NCBI RefSeq assembly: GCF_030144855.1 | Contig: NC_082731.1 | Location: 27,280,001-27,344,000, forward strand | DNA from: Hypanus sabinus | Taxonomy: Eukaryota | Length of the DNA stretch: 64,000 bases | Direction: 5' to 3' | In this document: positions 27,103 through 38,820 of the stretch, one piece after another | How the letters are laid out: every line of letters begins with the position of its first letter | Numbering within the stretch: position 1 is the stretch's first letter | Notes under the pieces: generated by a model | What the model was told of the DNA's origin: nothing | Database searches by the model: none | What the model saw: only the letters and a program-made list of their open reading frames with translations | Program-made: the position numbers and the translations under genes

Positions 27103-29172
27103 TCATAGTGTAAACGGACAATCTCTTTTCATGTAACCTGGCTGATTACATTCCCAGCACAATCTCTCTACCTCTCTTTCCCCCTGTTTCCTCACTGGTC
27201 CCCTCTGCCCATAGCTTCTCTGTCCCCCTCCTTGCAACTTCCAGTCCTGTCTGGGCTGTTTGAATTTAGTCTGTTCCTGATAGGGCATTTGTGGGAATGC
27301 TCCCCCAAAGATGTTTATTGGCATGGGGTTTTCCAGCCCTTGTCTTACAGTCTGATCGGTTCCTCCATATAGCAGTGCATTGTCCAGTTCAATGGCTGTA
27401 CTCGGACTGGTGGTTGCTGGCAGCATTTTTTGCTTTTCTCTTTTTCCTTCTTTTTGAGTTCTTCAAGCTGCATTTGTATTGACTTTCTTTGCACCTCTTC
27501 CTGCTGCTCAGCCAACCTTCGTTTGTCTTTTCGGTATTTCTCAACCGCATGGACTACGTGGTCTCTAAATTCTTGAGGGGTCTTTGACGTCAGCCCAACC
27601 ACTCCCTCCAGTTTGGATTTTACTTGCGGAGGCATTGCATCCAGAATGCTATGCCGGAACAGTGTGGTGATAAATAAGCTATTCTCCACCTCTTGCTCAG
27701 TCTCCAGTCTCCACCTTTTCAACTGGTTTTCTACTTAGGCTGCTGGGTTTTCAGTGTCTCCCAGTGGATCCCCTGTTAAGGCTTTTGGGTCCACTTTGGG
27801 TGGATAAAGCTTTCTGAGGGTCTGCCATACCCTCTGCCTCACTCTGTCAAACCCATCTCCATCAGTTCTTGGGTCATTTGAGTTTACTATGCCAGCCATT
27901 TCCAGTAGTTCTTTAAATTTGGAGGTTCCCATCAACCTTATCAACAGTGCCTTCAAATCTCCCATAGCCAATAATCGTCCCGCTGTTTCTTCTTCAAAGG
28001 CTCTAATCCATTTCCCTGCTCCTTCATGTAGATTGGGCAGAGTGTTTTTCAGCCCTTCTGGGTCCTGGTATCCCCAAGGGATATACTGTACTTGTCCTGA
28101 TCCTTTTACTAACAATGGCATCATTCTTCTTCCTTCTTCCCAACTGCCCTGGCTCTCCTCCTCACCTGACTCCCCATCTCTCTCAGGGTATGTCTTTACT
28201 GCCTCCCAAACAAATGTCTCCGGGGTTTTCTTCTTCCCTCGGTCTCCCTGTGGAGTCCTTCCTTTCTGTCTTAATTCAATACTTGGTTGGCCCCTGGAGT
28301 ATTTTTCACATCTCTTCTGGCAACCCCCTCTCAGTAACTTATCTGGCTCTCTCTCAACTTCCGCAAGTCGCTCCCCTACCGCCTCCTTCTGTTCTTCTAG
28401 GCTTCTGCCTCCTACCACTTCCCCACAAAGTCTCACATCCTCTCTCTTTCTCCACTTAACTCTTGCTCCTCCAATGAGTCACCTTCTTTTCTAGTCTGTT
28501 TATTTCTATAGTATAACCGATACTCCTCATATTCCTTTTCCTCTCTCAAGTATTTCATCCGTTCAATCTGTGCTTGCATTTTTCTCTGTTCCTGTTCTAT
28601 CTTCATCTTTTCTGCCTGTATCTCCTTCCATATCACCGCTTTTCCTTCTCATATTGTTTTTTTTCCTCCTCACTATCACAAACTTGGACTTCTCCCTGCA
28701 TGTTTACTGTTCCCGTCAGCAGGGGACACTGCTTAGGGGTTCCTTCCTCATTATAGGGAGGGGGTTTTTCTGTTTCTGTCGCATCCGGGTACGGAGCTGA
28801 AGCCAGTTTCTCACCGTACCCTCCTCTCTCTCTAACAGGCTGTTTCTCCAGCACCCTAGTGTCTTCCTCGCTTGTAATCAATATTCTACCTGTCCTCCTC
28901 AGCCTTTCTCCCTCCGTTCTGAAGAGTTTTAGCACTTCCATTTCTCGTTCTCTTTTTTGCCCTCTTTTCTTAGATTTAACTTTTGGTTTGTAATTTTTAA
29001 TTAGTCCCTCCATTTCTTTGTACAAACTTACATCAAACGTTCCTTCTCTTGGCCACTTTGTGACCAGGTTATTGGTTCTTTTTTCCCATTTTTCTGAAGT
29101 TTTTGTGATCTCATTCCTAACTAACGGAATTTTTTTGCTCAGAATCTCTACTGCCGTCCCTCTACCTGTCAT
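27103..29172 (-). pseudogene. gag: ERV gag, frameshifted
   Basis: N-terminal WP-EGTFD matrix-like motif, PPPY late domain and a K/E-rich spacer. The capsid-like region is followed by a degenerate knuckle CWECNQPGYMKRDC. Confidence 0.88.
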
Positions 29173-29390
29173 GTTATTCTCTCTTTTTAAGGTATTTCAG
29201 CGATTCACAGTTCTTTTACTGGATAATATTACTTGCTCTAATTCTACGCCTAGTCTAACACCATGTGGACTTTTTCTTCCTATAACACCACATGGACTTC
29301 CTTTTCACTAAACTTACTCTAATTCTATGCCTCGTCTATTCTGTTCTGCCCGTGCAGACCTCTTTTCAGAACGGTTCCCACAGAACTTTC

Positions 29391-29698
29391 TCTAAACACC
29401 TCGCCCGTTCAGACCTTATCTCTTAAGGCGGTATCCACGAGGATTTTCTATTCTAAACACCTCACCCATTCAGACCTTATCTCTCAAGGCGGTATCCACG
29501 AGGATTTTCTACTCTAAACACCTCACCCGTTCAGACCCTTATCTCATAAGGCGGTATCCACGAGGATTTTCTATTCTAAACACCTCGCCCGTTCAGACCC
29601 TTATCTCTTAAGGAGATATCCACGAGGATTTTCTACTCGAAACACCTCGCCCGTTCAGACCCTTATCTCATAAGGCGGTATCCACGAGGATTTTCTAC
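29391..29698 (-). repeat. Tandem array of five 61-62-bp units in the ERV 5' leader
   Basis: Units start at 29391, 29452, 29513, 29575 and 29637 (TCTAAACACCTCGCCCGTTCAGACCCTTATCTCATAAGGCGGTATCCACGAGGATTTTCTA). Degenerate units flank both sides. Confidence 0.92.
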
Positions 29699-29804
29699 TC
29701 TACTTTCCCTGCCCGCTCAGCCCTTCGTTTCATACGAAGTGGTACCCACAGGGATTTACCAACAACACGTGGACTTTTTCTTAACTTCTTATTAACTTAT
29801 TTGT

Positions 29805-29812
29805 ACTTACCT
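29805..29812 (-). other. ERV major splice donor
   Basis: Consensus AG|GTAAGT on the minus strand, between the PBS and gag. Confidence 0.6.
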
Positions 29813-30086
29813 TCACTGCAGTGTTCTTGATCAATCCTCTGAGCCTCCTTTGTTAACTGCCAATTCTGCCAGATTCTTTGGACCGGAGAGACCCTTCGGC
29901 AGTGGTTCCACACTTCTGAGACTCCAAGACCTCCCAAAGCCAACAGAATTCTTAGTCCAAATTGTCACAAAAGCGCTTACTTTTTGTTTGGGTGCACCCT
30001 TAATTCTGTTAGCCTTGTGGGGGTCCTTGGAGGACGGGGAAGCGTTCCCAATCTGCCGTTTCCTTTCCATGGGTCACTATCCGGTT

Positions 30087-30101
30087 CTGTCACGGTCGCC
30101 A
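30087..30101 (-). other. ERV primer-binding site, probably tRNA-Arg(TCG)-like
   Basis: TGGCGACCGTGACAG lies 4 nt after the LTR end. The tRNA identity is from memory and unverified. Confidence 0.6.
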
Positions 30102-30105
30102 ATTA

Positions 30106-30670
30106 TGTCGTGGTTTTTCGTGCCTCACAAATTAACAGGAGACGCAGAAGATTTTTCAAGAAGGGTTAAACTTTAATTTGCAATCAAAGCTGAGACAGTC
30201 AGTGAGTTAGTCACTGATTGCCCACCGATCCTCAGACACAGCATTATTTATAGCAAAATCCTGGTCCAGTTTCACAGGTACGTCCCCTTGACTTAATCAT
30301 GTTCCAATCCACATCTCCCAGCTGTCTCTCACCAACACACCATCTTCTACATTCTTAAGATTTCATTCTCCTACTAAATTGGGTACATGCATAGCAAACA
30401 GCAAACTTCAAAGCTGACTACATCTCTTAGCTACCTTTCATTAACATATATTAACACACCATTGTCTTCTATATTCCTAGCATTTCAACTTGGGCACATG
30501 CATAGCAGATAACATTTCTTTAGCTACCTCTCATTAACAGACTATTGTCTTCTACATTCCTAAGACTTCATTCTACTAAATTGGGTACATGCATAGCAGA
30601 CCGACTAGTTACACAGCAAACGCTACAAGTTTTATACTCCATAATATTTTTATACTCCAATACTCCAATA
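30106..30670 (-). repeat. ERV 5' LTR
   Basis: 565-bp partner of 22320-22884, directly followed by the PBS. Confidence 0.93.
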
Positions 30671-33600
30671 AGAGAAGGTATGAAAATCTTACCGCCAAAA
30701 CTTTTCAATTGTAGGGCCAAACCAAAACATACGAATTAAAGAGGCATCAGCAGAGTTGCATTTATTACAAAGTGGAGAAACATTCGGGTAAAAACTGGAG
30801 AGCTTCTGTTTAGAAATGTAAGCTCTATGAACCACTTTAAATTGTAGAAGAGAATGACGAGCATAGAAAGATGATTTATTAATCCGTATAAGAATTTTAT
30901 TCCATCTATCATCAGAAATCTGACAATTTAGAAATTTGACAATCCCAAGCTTTTTTTATTTTATCTAAAAAGTCTTGTCTAGAATCAATCAACAAGTTAT
31001 AGATACCGGTAATAGAAACATTAACAAAAGGTTTTAAATTTGAAAGATCATCCAGTAAATTTTTATTAGGACCTATAGGAAAAGTAACTAATTGGAAACA
31101 TAGAAAATCTCTAATTTGAAGGTATATGTAAAAATGTGATTTTAGGAGTGCAGATTTATTTGCCAATTGGTCAAATGAAGCAAAAGATCCTGAGATAAAT
31201 TGGTCCCAAAAACACTTAATACCTAATTCATCCCAATCTTTAAAGACTTTATCAGTCATGGAAGGGATAAAAAATAATTAAGGAGAATGGGAGATGATAA
31301 TGAAAAATTCGTTAAACCAAAAAGTTTTCTAAATTGAGACCAGATCCTTAAAGTTTGCTTAACAATTATGTTATCTGTTGTTTTATTTGCTGAAAAAGAA
31401 GAGAATGATCCAAGAAGAAAGACAATAGAGGATTTTTTTTTAACAGAATTAACTTCTAAGGAGACCCATGATGGGCAATCTTTATGATAAATATAATAGG
31501 ATCAGAAAGTAATATTCCTTATATTGGCCGCCCAATAGTAAGTCCTAAAATTGGATAGGGCTAGTCCACCCATCTCTCTATTTCTTTGTAAGTAGACTTT
31601 ATTTAAATGAGCTTGTTTATTATTCCAAATTTAAGAGGTTAAAATGGAATCTAAAGAATCAAAGTACGTCTTTGGAATAAAAATAGGTAAGGCCTGAAAA
31701 AGATATAAGAATCTTCATTTTAATCAAATTAATTCGGACAATTAGGGATAAAGAAAGAGGGGACCATTTAGAAAGCATCTTTTTCACATAATTCAATATG
31801 GGGTTTAAGTTTACTTTAAATAAATTCTTGACTTTTTTAGTAATTGTTACACCTAGATATGTAAATTGACTTGTAACAACTTTGAACGGAAATTTGGCAT
31901 TTGAAGACATTAGGTCATTTAAAGGAAATAGCTCACTTTTATGTAGGTTCAGCTTATATCCTGGAAAGGAACTAAACTGGGAGATTAAAGAAAGAACCAA
32001 AGGTGAAGAAGTTTCAGTGTTAGAGATAAAAAGTAAAATATCATCAGCGTATAATGAAATTTTATGAGACATACCTTCACTTAGTATACCAGGAATGTCC
32101 TTAGCTTCTCGAAGTGCTATTGCTAAGTGTTCTATAGTTAAAGCAAAAAGTAAAGGACTAAGAGGACAACCTTATCTAGTTCACTGCTGTAATTTAAAGG
32201 GCTTAGAAATTTGGGAGTTAGTAATAACCTGAGCGGTAGGAGACAAGTTGATTAATTTAACCCAACGAATAAAATTACAACCAAAATTAAACTTTTCTAA
32301 GGTCTTAAAAAGATAATTCCACTCAATCCTATCAAAGGCTTTTTCTGCATTTAAGGATAATATACACTCTGATATTTTTTTGGATGGTGAATATATCACA
32401 TTCAATAACCAACGTATATTAAAATGTGAGTAAAGATTTTTAATAAATCCTGTCTGGTCATGTGATATAATAGATGGTATAATATTTTCAAATCTTCGAG
32501 CTAAGATTTTGGATAAAATTTTTGCATCAACATTTAATAAAGAAAGCGGTCTGTATGAAGAGCATTCAGCTGGATTATTATTGTTTTTTAAGAATAAGAG
32601 AAATAAAAGCTTCCTAAAAAGATTGAGTGAGCTTTAAAGGACTCTGATAAAACAGAGGATAAATAATGTGTAAGTAACGTAGTGAAAGATTTATAAAACT
32701 CCCCAGGAAAGCCATCAGTTCCTGGGGTTTTACCAGAATATAAAGCACATATAGCCTCAGCCACTTCTTCATTGGAAATAGGCTGATCTAACTGTGTTAG
32801 ACTATCAGCAGACAATGTAGGAATGCTGATATTACTGAAAAAAGCGTTCATATAGGTATCATCTGAAGAGAATCAGACTGATACAACTGAAGGTAAAAGT
32901 CTTTAAATACGTTGTTAATTTCAGAATGGTCAGATGTCTTAGTTCCATTATCTTTAAAAATTCCTGTGATTTGACGATTAACTGTAAAAGATTTTAAGCG
33001 ATTGGCTAATAAACTACCAGTTCTATCCCCGTGAATATAAAATTGAATTTGATCTCTCAACAGCTGTTGTTCAATTGGGTAAGTCAGCAGAAGATTATAC
33101 TTGGATTGGATTTCAATACGCTTATTATATATACATGGATATGGAGATAGGGCATACTTTTGATCAAGATCTTTTAATATCACTCCTAAGTCAAACCTTT
33201 CTTTGTCAGCTTTTTTCTTTATATAGGTAGAGTAAGAGATAATTTCTCCATGAATATATGCTTTACAAGCATCCCAGACTATATTACCAGCAGTGTCTCC
33301 TTTAAAATTTTCTTTAAAGAAAAAACTAATATGGTTTTCCAAAAACTTTAGAAAATTTTTATCAGATAACAATGATAAGCTAAAACGCCAACTTCTATTT
33401 GGTACAAAGTAAACAAGTAATCTTAAAGCCAGAAGCACAGGTGCATGATCAGACAAAGCAACCTCCTTATAATCACAGGAACATACCAGTGGAAGCAAGT
33501 TTCTATCTACAAAAATATAATCAATCCGAGAGTACGTATGATGAACCTGTGAGAAATATGAATATGCCTTTTCTTGGGGGTGTAAAAAACACCACATGTC

Positions 33601-34088
33601 AAGAATACCACATTGAGATAAAAAAGATTTAAAAAGTAAGACTGATTTATTAGTGACAGCAGTTTTACTTGAAGAGCGGTCTAATATAGGGTCAAACCAA
33701 AAATTAAAATCTCCACCCATCACTAAGGAATACCGATTCAAATCAGGCAGAAAAGAGAAAAGGCATTCAAAGAACAAGGAGTTATCTGTATTTGGAGCAT
33801 ATACATTCGCAAATACGATTAGTTTATTCCCAAGACTACCTGAAACAATAACTAAGCGCCCATTTGTATCAGAAATTACATTATGTGGAATAAAGGATAC
33901 ATTCTGATCAAACAGGATAGAGACACCTCTCGATCTAGATTGAGAGGGTGAGTGAAAATTTATACACTTCCATCCTTTGAAAGAATGTGAAATATCATCT
34001 TTACGAACCTAGGGTTCTTGGAGAAAGATTATATGAGTTTTAAGTTTCCAGATATAAGAGAAAATCTTATTTTGTTTAACAGGGTTAT

Positions 34089-34616
34089 TATTGGAGTATA
34101 AAAATATTATGGAGTATAAAACTTGTATCATTTGCTGTGTAACTAGTCAGTTTGCTATGCATGTACTCAATTTAGTAGAATGAAATCTTAGGAATGTAGA
34201 AGACAATGGTGTGTTAATGAGAGGTAGCTAAAGAAATGTAGATTAGAACATTGCTCAGTTCTGAGTTTATTATTTGCTATGCATGTACCTAATTTGGTAG
34301 GAGACTGAAGTCTTAAAAATGTAGAAGACAATGGTATGTTAATGAGAGGTAGCTAAGAGATATAGATTAGAACATGATTACGCAAATTGATAGGAACAAT
34401 AGGGACATGATGTACGTGTAGTACGCAACTATAGATCGATTGCATATGCTAATACAACTGGACAAATACTATAAAAGTGCTGTGTCCAGAGATCAGTGGG
34501 CAATCAACGACTAGCTCAATGACTGTCTCAGCTTTGATTTGTAAATTAAAGTTTAACCCTTCTTGAAGACTCTTCTGCGTCTCCTGTTCATTTGTGAGGC
34601 ACGAAAAACCACAACA
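34089..34616 (+). mobile_element. Solo LTR of the same ERV family (different U3 variant), inserted in the start of L1 ORF2
   Basis: Shares the TATTGGAG start and R/U5 with the provirus LTRs. The TSD is TTAT/TAAT (one mismatch). Removing it restores GLNNPVKQ in the L1 endonuclease. Confidence 0.9.
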
Positions 34617-35384
34617 TAATTTAGACCTTTCACATTAAAACTGAGTATATTGATAAAAGAATCCATCAAGTATCCTTTAGTAATGTATAAAAGGTAATCA
34701 CAGACGTGTAGATAGTGAATAAGTAAAACAGTAAAAACATCCAATCAGCTTTATAGAAGAACCCATTTCCCCCCTCCCTCCCCCCAAAGAGAGAAATCAG
34801 CCAAGGGAGGCTGGAGACTAATTCTAACGTGCCCAACCCAAAACTCCGGTGGCTCCAGAAAATATATATGTATAGCTGTGCTGAATAAACGATTGTAAAT
34901 AAATAAATAAATAAACATCTATATATATATATATATATATATATACACAAAAAAAAATCAAAGTAAACATGTTTGCTAATTACGATTAAAAAACATGGGA
35001 ACATGTAAGTATTAGTCTCGGTAAAAAAGGAAAATCAAATATAGAAAATCAATAAGTAAAAACATATACTCACAGGTGCAAAAAAAAGAGTAAAGAAACA
35101 GATAGAAGACCATTAAAAAGGGAAGCGTTTTAGATAGCTTCCTACATAACACTGAGAGAATATAACGTATTGTTTAAAAAGAGCTGCGAAAAGCAGCTAA
35201 AGAGAAAATGGATGCTGTCTGCCTGCATATTTTGCATAGTTTGAAAGACAACAAGGCGCCAGTTACTTAATCAAACAAATCATTAAGATTTCGTAAAACC
35301 AAGAAACATTGATATCAACAAAACACCAATTACTTGATTGAACAACTGAAATTAAAACATTTAACATAAAACTCAAAGTTGAAT

Positions 35385-36173
35385 TTAAGGATGGAGACTT
35401 TGTAAAAATTTCTTAGCTTCTTCAGGCTTTGTAAACCAAGAAACCTTATTATCAGAAGTAGTAACCTTGAGTTTACACGGATCTCTGAGAGAAAGGCGAC
35501 AGCCAAACTTAAAAAGATCAGACATGACATCTTTAAAAGCCTGTCTAGTTCTTAGAACTTCAGGTGGATAATCTTGAACGATCCAAAACTGTTGATCACA
35601 AAATTGTAATATACGTTTCTTCCTTGATTCACAAAGGATCTGTTCTTTAATCTGATAGTCATAAAAGCGAATGATAATAGAGCGAGGTTTGGCAGGGTCC
35701 CAATTTGCAGGGGAGGGGGGGGGGCGGTAACGGTGGACGTGCTCAAATTTTGGTAGTTCCGATAATATATCAGGGAATAAATCTTTCAGCATTTGAGGAA
35801 AAAAATCGATAGGTTGATTAACCTCCAGTTTTTCAGGAAGCCCAAGAATTCTGATATTGCACCTTCGGTTCCTGGTCTCCAAATCTGTAAGTTTCTTCAG
35901 TAACGTGTCGTATTTTTTAAGTTGTTCCTTAGAAATTCTCTTGAAACCTTCGATATCCTTTTGCAACACCGTCAGAGATTCTTTGTGTAGCCTAATACGA
36001 ATTTCGTGGTCATTCACAGTCTGCTGTATACTTCCAAGTTTCTGATTAAGCGTTTTCAGTTCAGATTTAACCAGGTCGAAGGAATTCTGTAACAAATCAA
36101 ACTTGGATTCTAATTCATCCAGTTTATCCAATTTTTCAAGTTTCTCTGACATTTGTTGAATCATTTCAGTCAA
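35385..36173 (-). CDS. L1 ORF1p (coiled coil + RRM), open for 262 aa
   Basis: Heptad-rich N-terminus followed by LETRNRRCNIRILGLPE, HVHR and IVQDYP motifs. Confidence 0.85.
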   Translation of the reverse strand: MTEMIQQMSEKLEKLDKLDELESKFDLLQNSFDLVKSELKTLNQKLGSIQQTVNDHEIRIRLHKESLTVLQKDIEGFKRISKEQLKKYDTLLKKLTDLETRNRRCNIRILGLPEKLEVNQPIDFFPQMLKDLFPDILSELPKFEHVHRYRPPPSPANWDPAKPRSIIIRFYDYQIKEQILCESRKKRILQFCDQQFWIVQDYPPEVLRTRQAFKDVMSDLFKFGCRLSLRDPCKLKVTTSDNKVSWFTKPEEAKKFLQSLHP

Positions 36174-38050
36174 AGTCTCGAAAGTAGTCTTTTTTTTGTC
36201 AGCTTTCTACTCATGGTGCTCTCAACGAGATAGGTTTAAACAGCAAAGTAAGCAAATAATTTCGGAGCACATAGCTAGTGCAACCTACTCCATTACAGCC
36301 ATCAGAAGTCTCCATTATTCCATTCTACTTTACACTTATGTACAGGAAATTAAGTTAAACAACCTTGAATCTTTGACAAGCTCCCTCACTATTTCACCAA
36401 TACTTGTGCACTCTGCAAACGTTGCAATCAGACATCTGACATTCCTGACCAAATCATTATAGTGTATTACTAACAACAGAGGATCCAGCAGGAATCCTCA
36501 GGGAGCACCATAGGTCACAAAACTCCAATATGAATAAAAACCACTCCATTGTTACCCCCTGTCTTCAATAACCATGTCAATTTTGAGTTTAATCTACCAA
36601 ATCACTGTGAATCCCACAAATTTCTGGATAAACCTACCATGACAGATCTTTTGAAATGACACAAAGTCAACATCCAATGCCCTAACCTCATTAAGATCCA
36701 GGCTTGGGCTGATAGGCATTAAGTAACATTCATGCCATACAATTGCCAAGAAAGATGATATCCAGCAAGAGAAGACCCAGCTGTCACCCACTGACATTTC
36801 ACAGCATTACCAACACTGAATTGCTCACCATCAATATCCTAGACTTTACCGTTGACCAGAAACTGAACTGGAATGGCCATTGCACAATGTGGCTGCAGGA
36901 GCAGAACACAGCGGGAAATCTTGTGGCAAGTAACTCATGATCTAACTCCCCAATGCCTGACCACCATCTACACGGTGCACGTCAAGAGTGTGATGGAATA
37001 CCTTGTACTTCGGGTGCAGCAGCCAAGAAGCTCAACACCATGAGATGTAGAGAAATCCACTAAACAGGCTACCTGCACTTTGTACCATCTACAGGATGCA
37101 CTGCAACAAAGCTCCAAAAATGTTTAAGTACCTTCAAAACACAGGAACTCTTTCAGTTGGAAGGACGTGGGAAGCAAACTCTTGTGGAACACAACCATCT
37201 CGATGTTGCCCTTCAAATTACATAACATTTTATATTGGAAATGTATCACCTTTCCTTCAACATTGCTGGGTTAAAATCCTTTCCTGAGAGCATTGTCGTA
37301 TGCCCCCAACTCAATGACTGAATGGTTCAAAAAGGCAGCTCACCACCAACTTGTCAAAGGCAGAATGTTTTGTACAATTAAATGCTGGATCAGCTTGTGG
37401 AGCCCATGGCCTTGACTGAATGAAAAAAAGGAAGATATATTTGAGCAATTAATGTGAGTTCTTTGAATAAATAACAAGCATCACAAACAAAGACAAAGAG
37501 ATGGATGTGCTATTCTGATCTCCATTGGACATGATGAATTATGATCAGGTGGCTCAGGAGGTAACATATTGACATGGACAGAAGATTGGCCAGCTAACAT
37601 GAAACAGAGAATCAGTATAAATGTATCTTTTTTTTTTGGTCACTTTGATGTATTCAGTGATTGTCCAGAAGGATTGTTGCCAAAGACACAACGTTTTAAT
37701 ATTTATGTAAATGATTTGGATAAACACATTTAAGGACCTTCTTCATGATTTCCAAAAGGCTAGTATGTAGATATAACAATTATGAAAGCTCATACATTGT
37801 CATTGTTTATTGACAGTGGAATGGAACACAAAGGTACGGAGGTTATGATTCAGGTTTTTAGGGCAATGGTCTATCCACATCTGGAGTTCCGTATTCAATA
37901 TTGGTCTCCATATTTAATGAGGGATGTATATGCACTGGAGCAGTGCAGTGGAAGTTTTAACTGACAGATATGGTCATTTCAGGAAAGATTGTTCATGTAA
38001 AGCTTGGATCAATAAAGTTTAAAACAGTGGGATCAAAGGACTGAAACAGG

Positions 38051-38820
38051 CACTCAGTGGCCACTTTATTAGGTACACATGTGCACCTGCTCGTCAATGC
38101 AAATACATAATCAGCCAATCATATGGCAGCACAATGCATAAAATTATGCAGACATGGTCAAGAGGTTCAATTATTGTTCAAACTAAACATCAGAATATCA
38201 TGGTCCTGGCTGGCATTTCCCACCTCTTCCCTTTCCTCCTTAATCCCCACACTTGATTCCCAATCATTCCCAATTCCTCTCAATAACCAGCACCTGGTTT
38301 CCATTAGCCACCAGAGGATAAGACTCTGAATGCAGCAGTCAGCCCTTGCCCGATTGTTGGTTGACAGGCAGAGAGACCTTGCTCTAAGTCTCCAACCCTG
38401 TATCTCTGTAAACAAAGTCTCCCAGGTCCTGACTCTACACCTGCTGTGGAGATTCTGCATCCTGATCCTGCCTCTGTGTTGGAGTCCTGCTCTTGGGTTT
38501 GTTTTCCTGCCATGTCTGTGTCACAGAGAACAGGGAAGAAATGTGATCTAAGTGACTTGTATTGTGGAATGATTGTTGGTGTTATATGAGGTTGTTTGAG
38601 TAGCTCAGAAACTGTTGATCTCCTGGGATTTTCACTCACAGTTGTCTCTAGAGTTTACAGAGAATGGTACAAAAAATGCAGTGAGGGGCAATTCTGTGGG
38701 TGAATCCTCCTTGTGAATGAGAGAGATCAGAGGAGAATGGCCAGACTAGTTCAAGCTGACAGAAAGATATCAGTTACACAAATAATCTCATGTTACAACA
38801 GTGGTGTGCAGAGGAGCACA
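38051..38820 (+). mobile_element. Tc1/mariner DNA transposon fragments
   Basis: TIR-like CACTCAGTGGCCACTTTATTAGGTACAC at 38051 and degenerate transposase 5' sequence at about 38535-38820. Confidence 0.65.

Larger units (their letters stand above)
22320..30670 (-). mobile_element. Endogenous retrovirus provirus, fish gamma/epsilon-related (ZFERV/SSSV-like), internally deleted and frameshifted
   Basis: Two 565-bp LTRs and a perfect 4-bp TSD AGAG (22316-19 and 30671-74). PBS, gag-pro-pol-env order and a PPT-like AAAGGGG are present. Removing the provirus restores L1 ORF2 in frame (FHTFSQLFRVQ). Confidence 0.95.
21677..36313 (-). mobile_element. Full-length L1-clade LINE #2, split by a provirus and a solo LTR, with 13-bp TSD
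   Basis: ORF1 35385-36173. ORF2 starts at 34666 (SFNVKGLN) and contains GDFNF, LSDHAP and LYADD, ending near 22020. A (CTTT)n tail lies at about 21677-21696. TSD ATTATTCC(G/A)TTCT is at 21664-21676 and 36314-36326. Confidence 0.9.

Noticed and set aside
27889-28800. Several 60-200 aa + strand ORFs antisense to ERV gag (and to env at 24098-24994)
   Set aside because: They are low-complexity shadows of purine-rich coding sequence with no recognisable motifs, so they are not called as antisense accessory genes.
29391-29698. CRISPR-like regular repeats
   Set aside because: The units are contiguous with no unique spacers and lie inside a retroviral leader in eukaryotic DNA.
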